Assembly (NCBI GenBank): GCA_050298595.1 | Contig: JBNKUM010000118.1 | Location: 41,146 to 105,145 of the forward strand | Source: Gammaproteobacteria bacterium | GTDB lineage: Bacteria > Pseudomonadota > Gammaproteobacteria > GCA-001735895 | Reading direction: 5' to 3' | DNA length: 64,000 bases | Shown here: piece by piece, positions 22,742 to 31,468 of the stretch | Position numbering within the stretch: position 1 is the first letter of the stretch | Layout: each line of letters starts with the position of its first letter | Position numbers and translations under genes: made by a program | The notes under the pieces: model-generated | The model's database searches: none | The model's input: the letters and a program-made list of their open reading frames with translations, nothing else | Told to the model about the DNA's origin: nothing

Positions 22742-23230
22742 TCAGTCCTCAATCTTTAAACGCTGGTGCCATTCCGCAAGTGACTCTTGCGGGTACTCCT
22801 CAAACATTTTGTCTGTTGGCCCGGCATGGACTTCAACCCATGAAGCCTTTGAGCCCAGCATCATGTGTGTACGCTCTGGAGGTATGGGCATTTCAGTATC
22901 AATTGCCGAAGCAAATGGGTGCACAAGTTCCGGCCACCTCGGATCCCATTGCCAGAGAGCACTGCCGCAGATTTTGCAAAAATGTCTTTGACCGGGACTC
23001 TCCTTATTTTCTCCGATTTCTGGATCTTTGATTATCGCCTGATAGACACTGATGTGTTCTTCACCTTCAACTTTCAGTGTTGCGTAGTCTCCTCCCAGAT
23101 TAATTGCATAACCGCCTCCTCCGGCAGTTTTTCGGCAAATAGAGCAATAACATTGATTAAATGGATAGGGCTGGTTTGAATTAAGAGTGAAGTGGACGCG
23201 ACCACAATGACATGAACCTTCGAGCTGCAT
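22742..23230 (-). CDS. GFA-family (CENP-V/GFA) zinc-binding protein
   Basis: LEGSCHCG, CYCSICRK, RHFCKICGSALW. Confidence 0.85.
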   Translation of the reverse strand: MQLEGSCHCGRVHFTLNSNQPYPFNQCYCSICRKTAGGGGYAINLGGDYATLKVEGEEHISVYQAIIKDPEIGENKESPGQRHFCKICGSALWQWDPRWPELVHPFASAIDTEMPIPPERTHMMLGSKASWVEVHAGPTDKMFEEYPQESLAEWHQRLKIED

Positions 23231-23257
23231 GGTTTACTCTCCAAATATTATTCTGCA

Positions 23258-23392
23258 TTACAAACGGCTTACTTTCCTAGCGTAAATAACAGCGTTAATA
23301 AATGATTCTCCGTCACCACCCATGAATGTGTACATATTACCTTCGATGGTTACAGGCATTTTTAATTCAAAGAGTAATTCATTGTAACGCAT
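23258..23392 (-). CDS. possible 44-aa small protein
   Basis: MRYNELLFELKMPVTIEGNMYTFMGGDGESFINAVIYARKVSRL preceded by GAGG; no family recognised. Confidence 0.25.
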   Translation of the reverse strand: MRYNELLFELKMPVTIEGNMYTFMGGDGESFINAVIYARKVSRL

Positions 23393-23467
23393 CCCTATCC
23401 TCAATAAATCACAGGTTGAATCAGGGCTGACATCTATTATTTAGTGAAAATAGCCGCACATTTTTAA

Positions 23468-23493
23468 GTCCGAGTGCAATAGCGTTGTTATAT
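23468..23493 (-). mobile_element. truncated attC-like site (left half only)
   Basis: About 20 nt after the stop of 23515..23892 the minus strand reads ATATAAC-AACGCTATTGCACTCGGAC, resembling an attC R''/L'' start; no complementary right half found. Confidence 0.35.
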
Positions 23494-23514
23494 GCTCTTC
23501 TACCAAATTTGTAC

Positions 23515-23892
23515 TCAGTTTATTACCAATCCAGATAGTCCAAGCAAAGCGACCGAGGCGAAAAGTGAAGTAGAAGGAAATCGAAACGGATTTATACCAC
23601 CCTTTCGAGCCACCGCTGCACTGAGCAATGATAAAGCTGAATTCAATAATGTTAAAAATATTACCAACTCTGGACGATCAGGATGTAAAGCCACATACGC
23701 ATAAGCTGCCCCCATAAATAAAGTGTAAATGGTAGTAACGTGCCAACAGTAATAGTTCAGCCATTTTGAGGCTATTGGCAAACTGGAGTTAGCTAATAAT
23801 GGTATCGCTACACGAGGACCACCGATAAATGTATGAACAGAAAAGGTAACAACACTCATAATTGTCGCCGCCCAAAATAATGATACCTGCAT
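23515..23892 (-). CDS. small four-TM membrane protein of unknown function
   Basis: Hydrophobic segments, VHTFIGG, WLNYYCWH; GAGG RBS upstream. Confidence 0.65.
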   Translation of the reverse strand: MQVSLFWAATIMSVVTFSVHTFIGGPRVAIPLLANSSLPIASKWLNYYCWHVTTIYTLFMGAAYAYVALHPDRPELVIFLTLLNSALSLLSAAVARKGGINPFRFPSTSLFASVALLGLSGLVIN

Positions 23893-24003
23893 GCTTTTTC
23901 CTCAAAGTTTGAATTTTTTCCGTTAAACGGGTTGTTTGAGCTTCAAATTACAGGTTTATTTATACCATGAATCTATAATATCAATGAGTTACTCAGGTCC
24001 GCC

Positions 24004-24266
24004 CTGAATGGCGAAACTACTTAAAAAAATCAGCGCACACTTCGCTAGTTTTTATGGCTGATGCAAAACCTTGCTGCCGAATACGATGACTCCAATCTAT
24101 TCGTTAAGAGTTTCAACCCTGGCCTGTCAAAACAGCATTACATATTCGCGCCTTTCCGGCATCTACGGAAAATGATTCTCTACCTGAAGCAACACAGCAT
24201 ATAGACCTGTTGCTTTCTCTGATGAGTAACGAGCAGAATCAAAGCGGTATTTATATTACTCAATAG
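24004..24266 (+). pseudogene. diverged, frameshifted second copy of the yciK 3' end
   Basis: Aligns to about 22297-22647; encodes LMQNLAAEYDDSNLFVKSFNPGLSK/TALHIRAFPASTENDSLPE...* with a 1-nt deletion and internal deletions. Confidence 0.85.
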
Positions 24267-24295
24267 AAAAAGCCCCATCCTTTGAGGATGGGAGT
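24267..24295 (-). terminator. intrinsic terminator after the lipoprotein gene
   Basis: Minus strand CCCATCCT-CAA-AGGATGGG followed by GCTTTTT. Confidence 0.65.
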
Positions 24296-24326
24296 TTACC
24301 TTTTATTTTCTGGGTCCTACTTAACT

Positions 24327-25181
24327 CTATGGGAGATAATCTGACCAGCTATAAGTAGTACCTACACCTTCAACTGTGACGGTAAAACTGTCACAACTAT
24401 TAAATTCTACACTACCTGTTGAACCGCCTGAACCGGTATAAGTAATTGACCCCGATGAAGGAACGCCACCAGTACAACTTCCATAGGTAACATCAGCATT
24501 GATTACGACATAGCCATAATCCGGATCATAAACTGTAGCATTAATAGAATAAGAACTGGATCCAGTACTATAAACTGAATCGACGTCTACCCGGTAAGTA
24601 CGACCATCAAGTCCTGAGAAATCAGATAGATAGGAACAGTTATATGAAGCGTCACATTCTATCGTTGTATTCAGATTATAGGTTTCACCCATATAAACCA
24701 TTGTGAAATTGTTATAGCGAAGAATGAATGATCCATCTGAATTTTGTGTAAAAACAGCAGTTCCATTAACCACAATGCCTGAACCAGTCATTGTGCAATT
24801 ATTATAAGTAAACGTCATCTGAGAATTATCAGCATTATTAGTCGCATCTACGGAACCAGAACTACATACATTCGCTACTGGCGTATTTGCAGTTCGATTG
24901 GCTAAAAATAGACTACGTAATGTTTTACTGGATAAATCAAGCAAAGAAGACGCTACAGGAGAAGGTCTGGGAATAGGAGCATTATCAGAAGCAACTGCCT
25001 CACTGGCACCACCAGCTGCAGCAACCGCTAATTTATCAGCATTTGAAGTATCAACTTTTGCCTGTGACGTTGCGCCACCATAAGTAACTCCAGTGCCACC
25101 TCCTCCACTACTACCACCTCCACAGGAGATTAAAAGCACACTAGAAAATATAACCACAGGAAGTGACATTTTATATTTCAT
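24327..25181 (-). CDS. Gly/Ser/Thr-rich lipoprotein of unknown function
   Basis: Signal peptide with lipobox LISC followed by a GGGSSGGGG linker; six further Cys. Confidence 0.75.
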   Translation of the reverse strand: MKYKMSLPVVIFSSVLLISCGGGSSGGGGTGVTYGGATSQAKVDTSNADKLAVAAAGGASEAVASDNAPIPRPSPVASSLLDLSSKTLRSLFLANRTANTPVANVCSSGSVDATNNADNSQMTFTYNNCTMTGSGIVVNGTAVFTQNSDGSFILRYNNFTMVYMGETYNLNTTIECDASYNCSYLSDFSGLDGRTYRVDVDSVYSTGSSSYSINATVYDPDYGYVVINADVTYGSCTGGVPSSGSITYTGSGGSTGSVEFNSCDSFTVTVEGVGTTYSWSDYLP

Positions 25182-25489
25182 ACGAGTTTCCTCAATATTG
25201 ATGTGATAAATGAAGTTACAGATACTAGACTAAAGAATGACTATCCATAGTAAAAAACTCCGCAATCTGATGTTTTATTAAAAGAAATTCACAAAAAATT
25301 GTGGAATATCAAAAGCTGATCTAACTCGTAATTTGCTGTAAAACAAGAAAAATCCGAGCCAGAGGACAATATCCACTAATATTTGAAAGTAATGCTCTCT
25401 GACCTGGGTTTTTAAAACACTGAAAACAGCCCGTTCTGGGATGGAGTTTTAATATAATCAATAGCGTAAGTAGGTCTGATCTGGTGTAT

Positions 25490-26152
25490 TCACATTCCAT
25501 TACAACTATGCAATCGAACTACTCCAGATGGCGTATCGATATCAACAGTCAGGTAGGGTGTTTCATTGGCAGGTAGCTCATATATTTTTACAAGTTGTAA
25601 AGCATCTATCGAATCCAGTGCATTACGCAGCCAATCCGGATAAGGATGGTAAATTTCCAGGCTTTTAAGTTTGCAACCCAGATCTGCCATACTTTCAGAA
25701 GGATGAATCTCTGTATGCCATTCGATGGCATAGGGCAATAGACCTCCAGCCAACAGTCTACCGTCTTCAGGAAGACCAAAATACCAACTTAGATTTCCTC
25801 TACTGATTAATTCCGGTTTTCCAGGTGAAAAACTGGCTTGCTGCATTAGCCCATTAATATCTTGAGTGTTGACAACCCAAGTGAGTAGTGAGGGTTGTTG
25901 CTCAATACAGTGTCGAGTATAGGGGTCATCTAATCCGTACCATCTTGGGCGACTGGGCGCTGCAATTTCTTTGTTTACAGCAATGACTTCCAGGAAAATC
26001 CCATCTCCCAACTTCATCAGGTGATTATGAGTTCCCATTTTTATATGCTCACCACCATAAGGAATATCTACACCGAGCACATTTTTTAGATAATTTACAC
26101 CCTCTGAGAGACTACTTGCTCCAATTACAAAATGATCAATTTTTGGTGGCAT
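25490..26152 (-). CDS. VOC/glyoxalase-like family protein
   Basis: IDHFVIGA, GGEHIKMGTHNHLMKLG, FLEVIA, PRWYGLD, LPYAIEW. Confidence 0.8.
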   Translation of the reverse strand: MPPKIDHFVIGASSLSEGVNYLKNVLGVDIPYGGEHIKMGTHNHLMKLGDGIFLEVIAVNKEIAAPSRPRWYGLDDPYTRHCIEQQPSLLTWVVNTQDINGLMQQASFSPGKPELISRGNLSWYFGLPEDGRLLAGGLLPYAIEWHTEIHPSESMADLGCKLKSLEIYHPYPDWLRNALDSIDALQLVKIYELPANETPYLTVDIDTPSGVVRLHSCNGM

Positions 26153-26246
26153 GTTTACCTTTTTAAATATTTCAAAATAATGGTACTAGATAATAATGCT
26201 CAGGTTAGGCCATGTCATTTTTTACAGCGTTACGGTAAGAAGGGAA

Positions 26247-26427
26247 GTAAAAACGCGGATGACGTAAACGCAACGTAAACGCGCATAAACGCGGACACCC
26301 ATAGATCATTGCCCTTTCGGATCGGTCTTGCGGTTCAGGTTGTCGTAGGGATTAAGTGGTTGGGGTTACATAGGAATAATTCTCATGTACCTCCGACCCC
26401 TTTATCTCCGCGCCCCCTTTATCTCCG
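26247..26427. repeat. short stuttered repeats
   Basis: AAACGC at 26251, 26266, 26277 and 26287; direct repeat CCCCTTTATCTCCG at 26397 and 26414. Confidence 0.6.
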
Positions 26428-26555
26428 ATTTTGTCTTGGGCGTCCTTCAGACCTCACCTCACGATGACGCCCTTGCCCTTTGACAAACCTTCGGCTCTGC
26501 GAATACCTGGTAAGAAGACTTTCACCTCTCTAGTTAAGTGCCATGCCCGGCACAC
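26428..26555 (-). mobile_element. 5' fragment (start of domain I) of a group II intron
   Basis: Begins with the GUGYG boundary: GTGTGCCGGGCATGG...GGTGAAAGTC...GCAAGGGCGTC...TCTGAAGGACGC, collinear with motifs recalled from class C intron 5' ends; no RT ORF or domain V/VI seen. Confidence 0.7.
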
Positions 26556-26630
26556 ACGACTTAAACAGCGGCGCGCGCGTTTTGCGCGTCCGAATGAGCG
26601 CAGCGAATGACTACTTTTACTTGTTAGAGC
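26556..26630 (-). mobile_element. integron attC site of the 26617..27087 cassette, with the core site interrupted
   Basis: GCTCTAAC-AAGTAAAAGTAGTCATTCGCTGCGCTCATTCGGACGCGCAAAACGCGCGCGCCGCTGTTTAAGTCGT, then the intron start. Confidence 0.72.
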
Positions 26631-27087
26631 GTTCATTGGATAGAGCTTCAAGCTCTAATGCTTTAGCTTCTATTGCCATATCTAATTCTTTGCCATGTTT
26701 GGAACCAAGCTCTCCACCAAATATCATTGATTTCTCAAGAACGAGTGGGGCCTTTTTCATATAGCTGGCTAGGCGGGGATCACTAAAAGCCTTATTAGCG
26801 TACTCCAACTCTTCAAGGGTAAATATGTCCATGTATATTCTAGTTTGGCCTTCTTTATATTCTTCAGATGAAAGTATTTTTTTAAAGAACGATGTGAATT
26901 CATATTTAAAAGGCCTTAACTGTGGTTTCGACATAAAAATGCCGTTTACCATACTTTCAGCCATTTCATCAGTGCTAGAAATATTTTGTATTAGTTCGAC
27001 ATGCTTTCTTGCTGCTTTATAAAGATTGTCAGAAGCAAAAGCGGAAGAGATACACAGAGATAAAAATAAAATATTTAAAAGTTTCAT
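26617..27087 (-). CDS. secreted protein, DUF2059-like, carried as an integron gene cassette
   Basis: Signal peptide ending SAFA; YMDIFTLEEL...FSDP...KKAP; AT-rich; bounded by GTTAGAGC upstream and GCTCTAAC at the 3' end. Confidence 0.7.
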   Translation of the reverse strand: MKLLNILFLSLCISSAFASDNLYKAARKHVELIQNISSTDEMAESMVNGIFMSKPQLRPFKYEFTSFFKKILSSEEYKEGQTRIYMDIFTLEELEYANKAFSDPRLASYMKKAPLVLEKSMIFGGELGSKHGKELDMAIEAKALELEALSNERSNK

Positions 27088-27104
27088 GAATTTTCCATTT
27101 TTAA

Positions 27105-27152
27105 GCTCTAACGCCTGGACTCAAAGGAGAGCGAACGCAGTGAGCGAATGAG
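27105..27152 (-). mobile_element. 3' remnant of the upstream attC site (cassette 5' boundary)
   Basis: Minus strand TCATTCGCTCACTGCGTTCGCTCTCCTTTGAGTCCAGGC-GTTAGAGC, ending 17 nt before the cassette ATG. Confidence 0.6.
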
Positions 27153-27211
27153 AACCACATCAATGGTGGACGATGCGGGAAGTATACGGTCCCTACCCCA
27201 CCACATAGCAA

Positions 27212-30200
27212 TTACATAGACCTCGAATAATCCACATAAAACCCCGTCTTCCCCAGATGCTGCTCAAGTGTCAACATACACTCTTCACTAGCTGAAAGCG
27301 TCCATGAATCTGACTTCAGGCGATACTCATAGCCCTTGTCCTGACGTTTAAATATCACGGGAATACATTCATTGATTTGAAAGGGCCGCAACGCTTCTGC
27401 AAGCTGATCGATTTTTTCTGCTGCGCCATTGTGTAGATTGATATGCAAGGCTTGCGCATGATTCAGACGCCAGGTTTCCAGTAGCTCGACCTTGCGTGCT
27501 TTGATACGAATGCCATTGTTAAAATCATCGTAGGAGATACCGCCTTCTACTACCCAGATCTGATCCTTTTGTACGATGGATTCAATCTCGCTTAACATGT
27601 CAGGGAATATACGCACATCGATGCGCCCACTGCGATCATCCAGTGTGACAAAGGCTTCACGTCCACTGGGTGCGTTACGCGTGCGGATACCAATCACTAA
27701 ACCTGCTACCACAGTATCTTCATCCTTACGCCTGTATCCACCCGAGGAGGCATCGGAATTATCCAGTTTTTCGTGCCATGCGCCCAGACTGGTAGGCGAG
27801 ATCTGTTTGATTTCCTGTTCATACATATCAATCGGGTGACCGGTGAGAAACAGACCCAGGCTTTCGCGCTCATGCATGAGCCTTGTTTTCTCATCCCAGA
27901 AAGGCACATCTGGGAGCGGCTTATCCTCGGTTTCATCCCCCGCTGCTGCAAACATGTCGACCATACCGGCATCTGCATTTTTCTGTGCCTGTTCTGCTGC
28001 CTGCAGAGCATAGGGTAGATGTGCCTGAATAGCTGCTCGGTTTTCGGAAAAACAATCCAGCGCTCCACAGCTGACCAGGGCTTCCATGACCTTTTTATTC
28101 GCCTTGGACATGTCTACCCGATTACAGAAATCATCCAGAGATCGATACTCACCATTTTTGCGTTCGTTGATGATGACATCAATCGCTGCCAGCCCTACCC
28201 CTTTAATCGCACCCAGCCCATAGATAACTTCACCCTTGTCGCTGGCGCGGAAATGATAATCCGAGCGATTCACACTGGGCGGTAGCACGGGTAACTTCAT
28301 GCTGCGACATTCTTCGATCAGGGTCACCACCTTGTCGGTATTATCCATATCAGATGACAATACAGCAGCCATAAATTCTGGCGGATAGTGGGCCTTTAAC
28401 CAGGCCGTCTGATAGGATACCAGCGCATAGGCTGCGGAGTGGGATTTGTTGAAACCATAGCCGGCAAACTTTTCTACCAGATCAAAGATCTTCATCGCCA
28501 GATCAGGATCGATATTGTTTTCTTTTGCACCTTCAGCGAATACCGAGCGCTGTTTTTCCATCTCTTCGGGTTTTTTCTTACCCATTGCCCGGCGTAGTAG
28601 ATCCGCACCGCCCAGCGAATAACCCGACATTCTCTGCGCAATCTGCATGACCTGTTCCTGATACAGGATAATGCCGTAGGTGGGTTCCAGCGTTTCTTTC
28701 AGGCATTCGTGCTGGTAATTAGCGTCCGGGTAGGATACGGCCTCTCGACCATGCTTACGGTTGATGAAGTTATCCACCATGCCCGACTGTAGAGGCCCCG
28801 GTCTAAATAGCGCCACCAAAGCGATAATATCTTCGAAGCAGTCAGGTTGCAGACGACGAATCAGATCTTTCATGCCGCGTGATTCAAGCTGGAACACCGC
28901 TGTGGTCTGACAGGCCTGTAATAGATCGAAGGTGGGTTTATCGTCCAGCGGGATACGCTCTATCTCTACCGGAGTCTCACGATTTTGATTGATCGCTTTC
29001 AGCGCCCAGTCAATGATGGTCAGGGTCCGTAGCCCCAGAAAGTCAAACTTGACCAGACCGACATCTTCTACGTCGCCTTTATCAAACTGCGATACCAGGC
29101 CTCCTCCCCCCTGTTCGCAATAGATGGGAGAAAAGTCATTCAGATCACTGGGTGATATAACCACGCCACCCGCGTGCTTGCCGACATTACGCGTGAGCCC
29201 TTCCAGTGAGCGTGCCATATCCAGAATGGAGGTAACTTCCTCATCTTCCTGATACAGCGTGCGCAGGTCTTCTTCCTGCTCCAGTGCCTTGGTCAGTGTC
29301 ATGCCGATCTCGAAGGGGATCAGCTTTGCGATGCGGTCAACGAATCCATAAGGCTGGCCGAGTACCCGCCCCACATCGCGTACCACCGCTTTGGCGGCCA
29401 TGGTACCGTAGGTAATGATCTGTGATACCTGATTACGGCCATAGGTTCTGGCTACGTAGTCGATAACACGATCACGCTTTTCCATGCAGAAGTCGATATC
29501 GAAATCGGGCATGGATACCCGCTCTGGATTCAGAAACCGCTCGAACAGTAACTCGTATTCCAGTGGGTCAAGGTCAGTAATCTTCAGCGCATAAGCTACC
29601 AGTGAGCCAGCACCGGAACCACGACCCGGACCAACGGGAATATCATTTTCCTTTGACCATGCGATAAAGTCCGCCACGATCAGAAAGTAGCCTGGAAACC
29701 CCATCTGGGTGATAACGTCGAGCTCGATCTGTAAACGCTCGTCGTAAGGTTTACGATCCAGCACTTCACCTTCGGGTAATTGTTCCTGTAAAAACTGCAG
29801 GCGTTTTTCCAGACCATCCTCAGACACCTTGCGGAAATAACTGTCTTCGGTGTGCTCTTCCGGGATGGGGAAAGCTGGCAGATAATTCTTGCCCAGCGAT
29901 AGCTTCACATTACAGGCCATCGCGATATTCACCGTATTTTCTATCGCCTGTGGAATATCACGAAACAGCTCAACCATCTCTTCGCTGGAGCGCAGATACT
30001 GTTTCGGGCTATAGTTTTTGGGTCGACGATTATCCTCCAGCGTAAAACCGCTGCAGATACACACGCGAACCTCGTGCGCATCGAAATCACTGGCATCGAT
30101 AAAGCGTACATCGTTGGTGGCGACTAATGGAATATTCTTGCTGCTGGAAAACTGTAAGGCTTGCTGGATATACAGCTCTTCGTAAGGCCTGTCGGTACGC

Positions 30201-30709
30201 TGAATCTCCAGGAAGAATCGGCCCGGAAACAGCTCCTGCCAGGCATCCAGATATTCCTCAGCCAGCACCGGGTTACCCGCCTTGATAGCCTGCCCCACAT
30301 CCCCCTCCAGTGCGGCGGATAATGCTATCAAGCCATCGCAGTGACCCTGCAGCCAGTCAAGTAAGATGGTGGGGCGATCAGCCACCTGCCCTTCCTGATA
30401 GGAACGGGAAATCAGGCGTTTGAGATTGAGATAGCCGATATCATTCTGGCATAACATCACCAGTCGACTCAGATTCTGTGGCCGGTCTTCGGTTCGAATC
30501 CACACATCAGCACCGAAGATCGGTTTTACCCCGGCGGCTGTAGCGGTTTTAAACAGTTTGACCAGACCGAACAGGTTGGACATATCGGTCATAGCAACCG
30601 CACCCATACCCCGTTCAACCACTTTTTCGATCATTGGCTTAATACGAAGCGTGGAATCGACTAGCGAGAACTCAGAATGCAGGTGTAGATGTACGAATTT
30701 TGTTGTCAT
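27212..30709 (-). CDS. dnaE: DNA polymerase III alpha subunit
   Basis: FVHLHLHSEFSL, GPGRGSGAGSL, FERFLNPERVSMPDFDIDF, KFDFLGL, FAGYGFNKSH. Confidence 0.98.
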   Translation of the reverse strand: MTTKFVHLHLHSEFSLVDSTLRIKPMIEKVVERGMGAVAMTDMSNLFGLVKLFKTATAAGVKPIFGADVWIRTEDRPQNLSRLVMLCQNDIGYLNLKRLISRSYQEGQVADRPTILLDWLQGHCDGLIALSAALEGDVGQAIKAGNPVLAEEYLDAWQELFPGRFFLEIQRTDRPYEELYIQQALQFSSSKNIPLVATNDVRFIDASDFDAHEVRVCICSGFTLEDNRRPKNYSPKQYLRSSEEMVELFRDIPQAIENTVNIAMACNVKLSLGKNYLPAFPIPEEHTEDSYFRKVSEDGLEKRLQFLQEQLPEGEVLDRKPYDERLQIELDVITQMGFPGYFLIVADFIAWSKENDIPVGPGRGSGAGSLVAYALKITDLDPLEYELLFERFLNPERVSMPDFDIDFCMEKRDRVIDYVARTYGRNQVSQIITYGTMAAKAVVRDVGRVLGQPYGFVDRIAKLIPFEIGMTLTKALEQEEDLRTLYQEDEEVTSILDMARSLEGLTRNVGKHAGGVVISPSDLNDFSPIYCEQGGGGLVSQFDKGDVEDVGLVKFDFLGLRTLTIIDWALKAINQNRETPVEIERIPLDDKPTFDLLQACQTTAVFQLESRGMKDLIRRLQPDCFEDIIALVALFRPGPLQSGMVDNFINRKHGREAVSYPDANYQHECLKETLEPTYGIILYQEQVMQIAQRMSGYSLGGADLLRRAMGKKKPEEMEKQRSVFAEGAKENNIDPDLAMKIFDLVEKFAGYGFNKSHSAAYALVSYQTAWLKAHYPPEFMAAVLSSDMDNTDKVVTLIEECRSMKLPVLPPSVNRSDYHFRASDKGEVIYGLGAIKGVGLAAIDVIINERKNGEYRSLDDFCNRVDMSKANKKVMEALVSCGALDCFSENRAAIQAHLPYALQAAEQAQKNADAGMVDMFAAAGDETEDKPLPDVPFWDEKTRLMHERESLGLFLTGHPIDMYEQEIKQISPTSLGAWHEKLDNSDASSGGYRRKDEDTVVAGLVIGIRTRNAPSGREAFVTLDDRSGRIDVRIFPDMLSEIESIVQKDQIWVVEGGISYDDFNNGIRIKARKVELLETWRLNHAQALHINLHNGAAEKIDQLAEALRPFQINECIPVIFKRQDKGYEYRLKSDSWTLSASEECMLTLEQHLGKTGFYVDYSRSM

Positions 30710-30725
30710 GAATTAAAAGCAATTA

Positions 30726-30809
30726 AACCACAAAGGGCACGAAGAACACGAAGGGGGATTAGTGAGTTACTAACACCTCCTCTTCGTGTCCTTTGTGTAC
30801 TTCGTGGTT
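30726..30809. repeat. imperfect 28-bp inverted repeat built from 9-nt CACRAAGNN units
   Basis: Left arm AACCACAAAGGGCACGAAGAACACGAAG; right arm CTTCGTGTCCTTTGTGTACTTCGTGGTT (23/28 complementary). Confidence 0.75.
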
Positions 30810-30818
30810 GGTTAAACG

Positions 30819-31406
30819 TCACAGGATATCCCGCACCGGTTTAAAACTGCGTCTATGCACAGGGGAAACCCCATGTTCGATCAACAGATCACGATGCAGT
30901 TGGGTGGGATAGCCTTTGTGTTTGGCAAACTGGTATTCTGGGTACTGTTCGTCCAACTCCAGCATCTGGCGATCTCGATGCTGCTTGGCAAGTATAGAAG
31001 CTGCACTGATGCAGGCTTCGGTTAGATCTCCTTTGACGATGGCTTCTACCGAGTAACCGGGCAAATCCGGTTCGCGGTTACCATCTACCTGCACATGTTC
31101 GGGACGCACATCCAGCGCCAGCACCGCTCGTTGCATCGCCAGCATGCTGGCGTGCAGAATATTGATTTCATCGATCTCCTGCACGCTCGCCTCGGCTATG
31201 GCATAGCTAAGCGCATGCTGTTTAATCTGCTGCTCCAGAATGATGCGTTTTTTCTCGCTTAACTTCTTGGAATCGGTCAAACCCTGGATTGGGTTATTGG
31301 CATCCAGGATGACGGCAGCTGCTACCACCGAACCTGCCAGCGGCCCTCGACCGGCTTCATCTACCCCGGCCAGCAGAACAGGAATATATTTAGTGCTGTT
31401 ATTCAT
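30819..31406 (-). CDS. rnhB: ribonuclease HII
   Basis: [43 protein letters not shown]. Confidence 0.96.
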   Translation of the reverse strand: MNNSTKYIPVLLAGVDEAGRGPLAGSVVAAAVILDANNPIQGLTDSKKLSEKKRIILEQQIKQHALSYAIAEASVQEIDEINILHASMLAMQRAVLALDVRPEHVQVDGNREPDLPGYSVEAIVKGDLTEACISAASILAKQHRDRQMLELDEQYPEYQFAKHKGYPTQLHRDLLIEHGVSPVHRRSFKPVRDIL

Positions 31407-31468
31407 TAGTGTTATCGCTGCTGCATGTCTATAATGCAGCGGTTTTTTAATCGGAATTCGGTGTTCTT

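Noticed and set aside
25420-25450. Sequence loosely similar to the 24267 terminator, suggesting direct repeats flanking the lipoprotein gene
   Set aside because: Similarity is too short and gapped to distinguish from chance.
26247-26427. Short repeats considered as a CRISPR array
   Set aside because: Units are 6-14 bp with no regular repeat-spacer period, and no cas genes are present.
26454-26764. ORFs 26454..26651 (-) and 26543..26764 (+)
   Set aside because: They run through the attC and intron RNA sequence, which explains the region better; no protein family recognised.
27153-27211. GGTGG...CCACC weak stem containing GATGCGGGAA..TACGGT, reminiscent of group II intron domain V or a REP
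   Set aside because: It does not fold into a domain V hairpin with the AGC/CGC triad, and it is on the wrong strand and side for the 26555 fragment.
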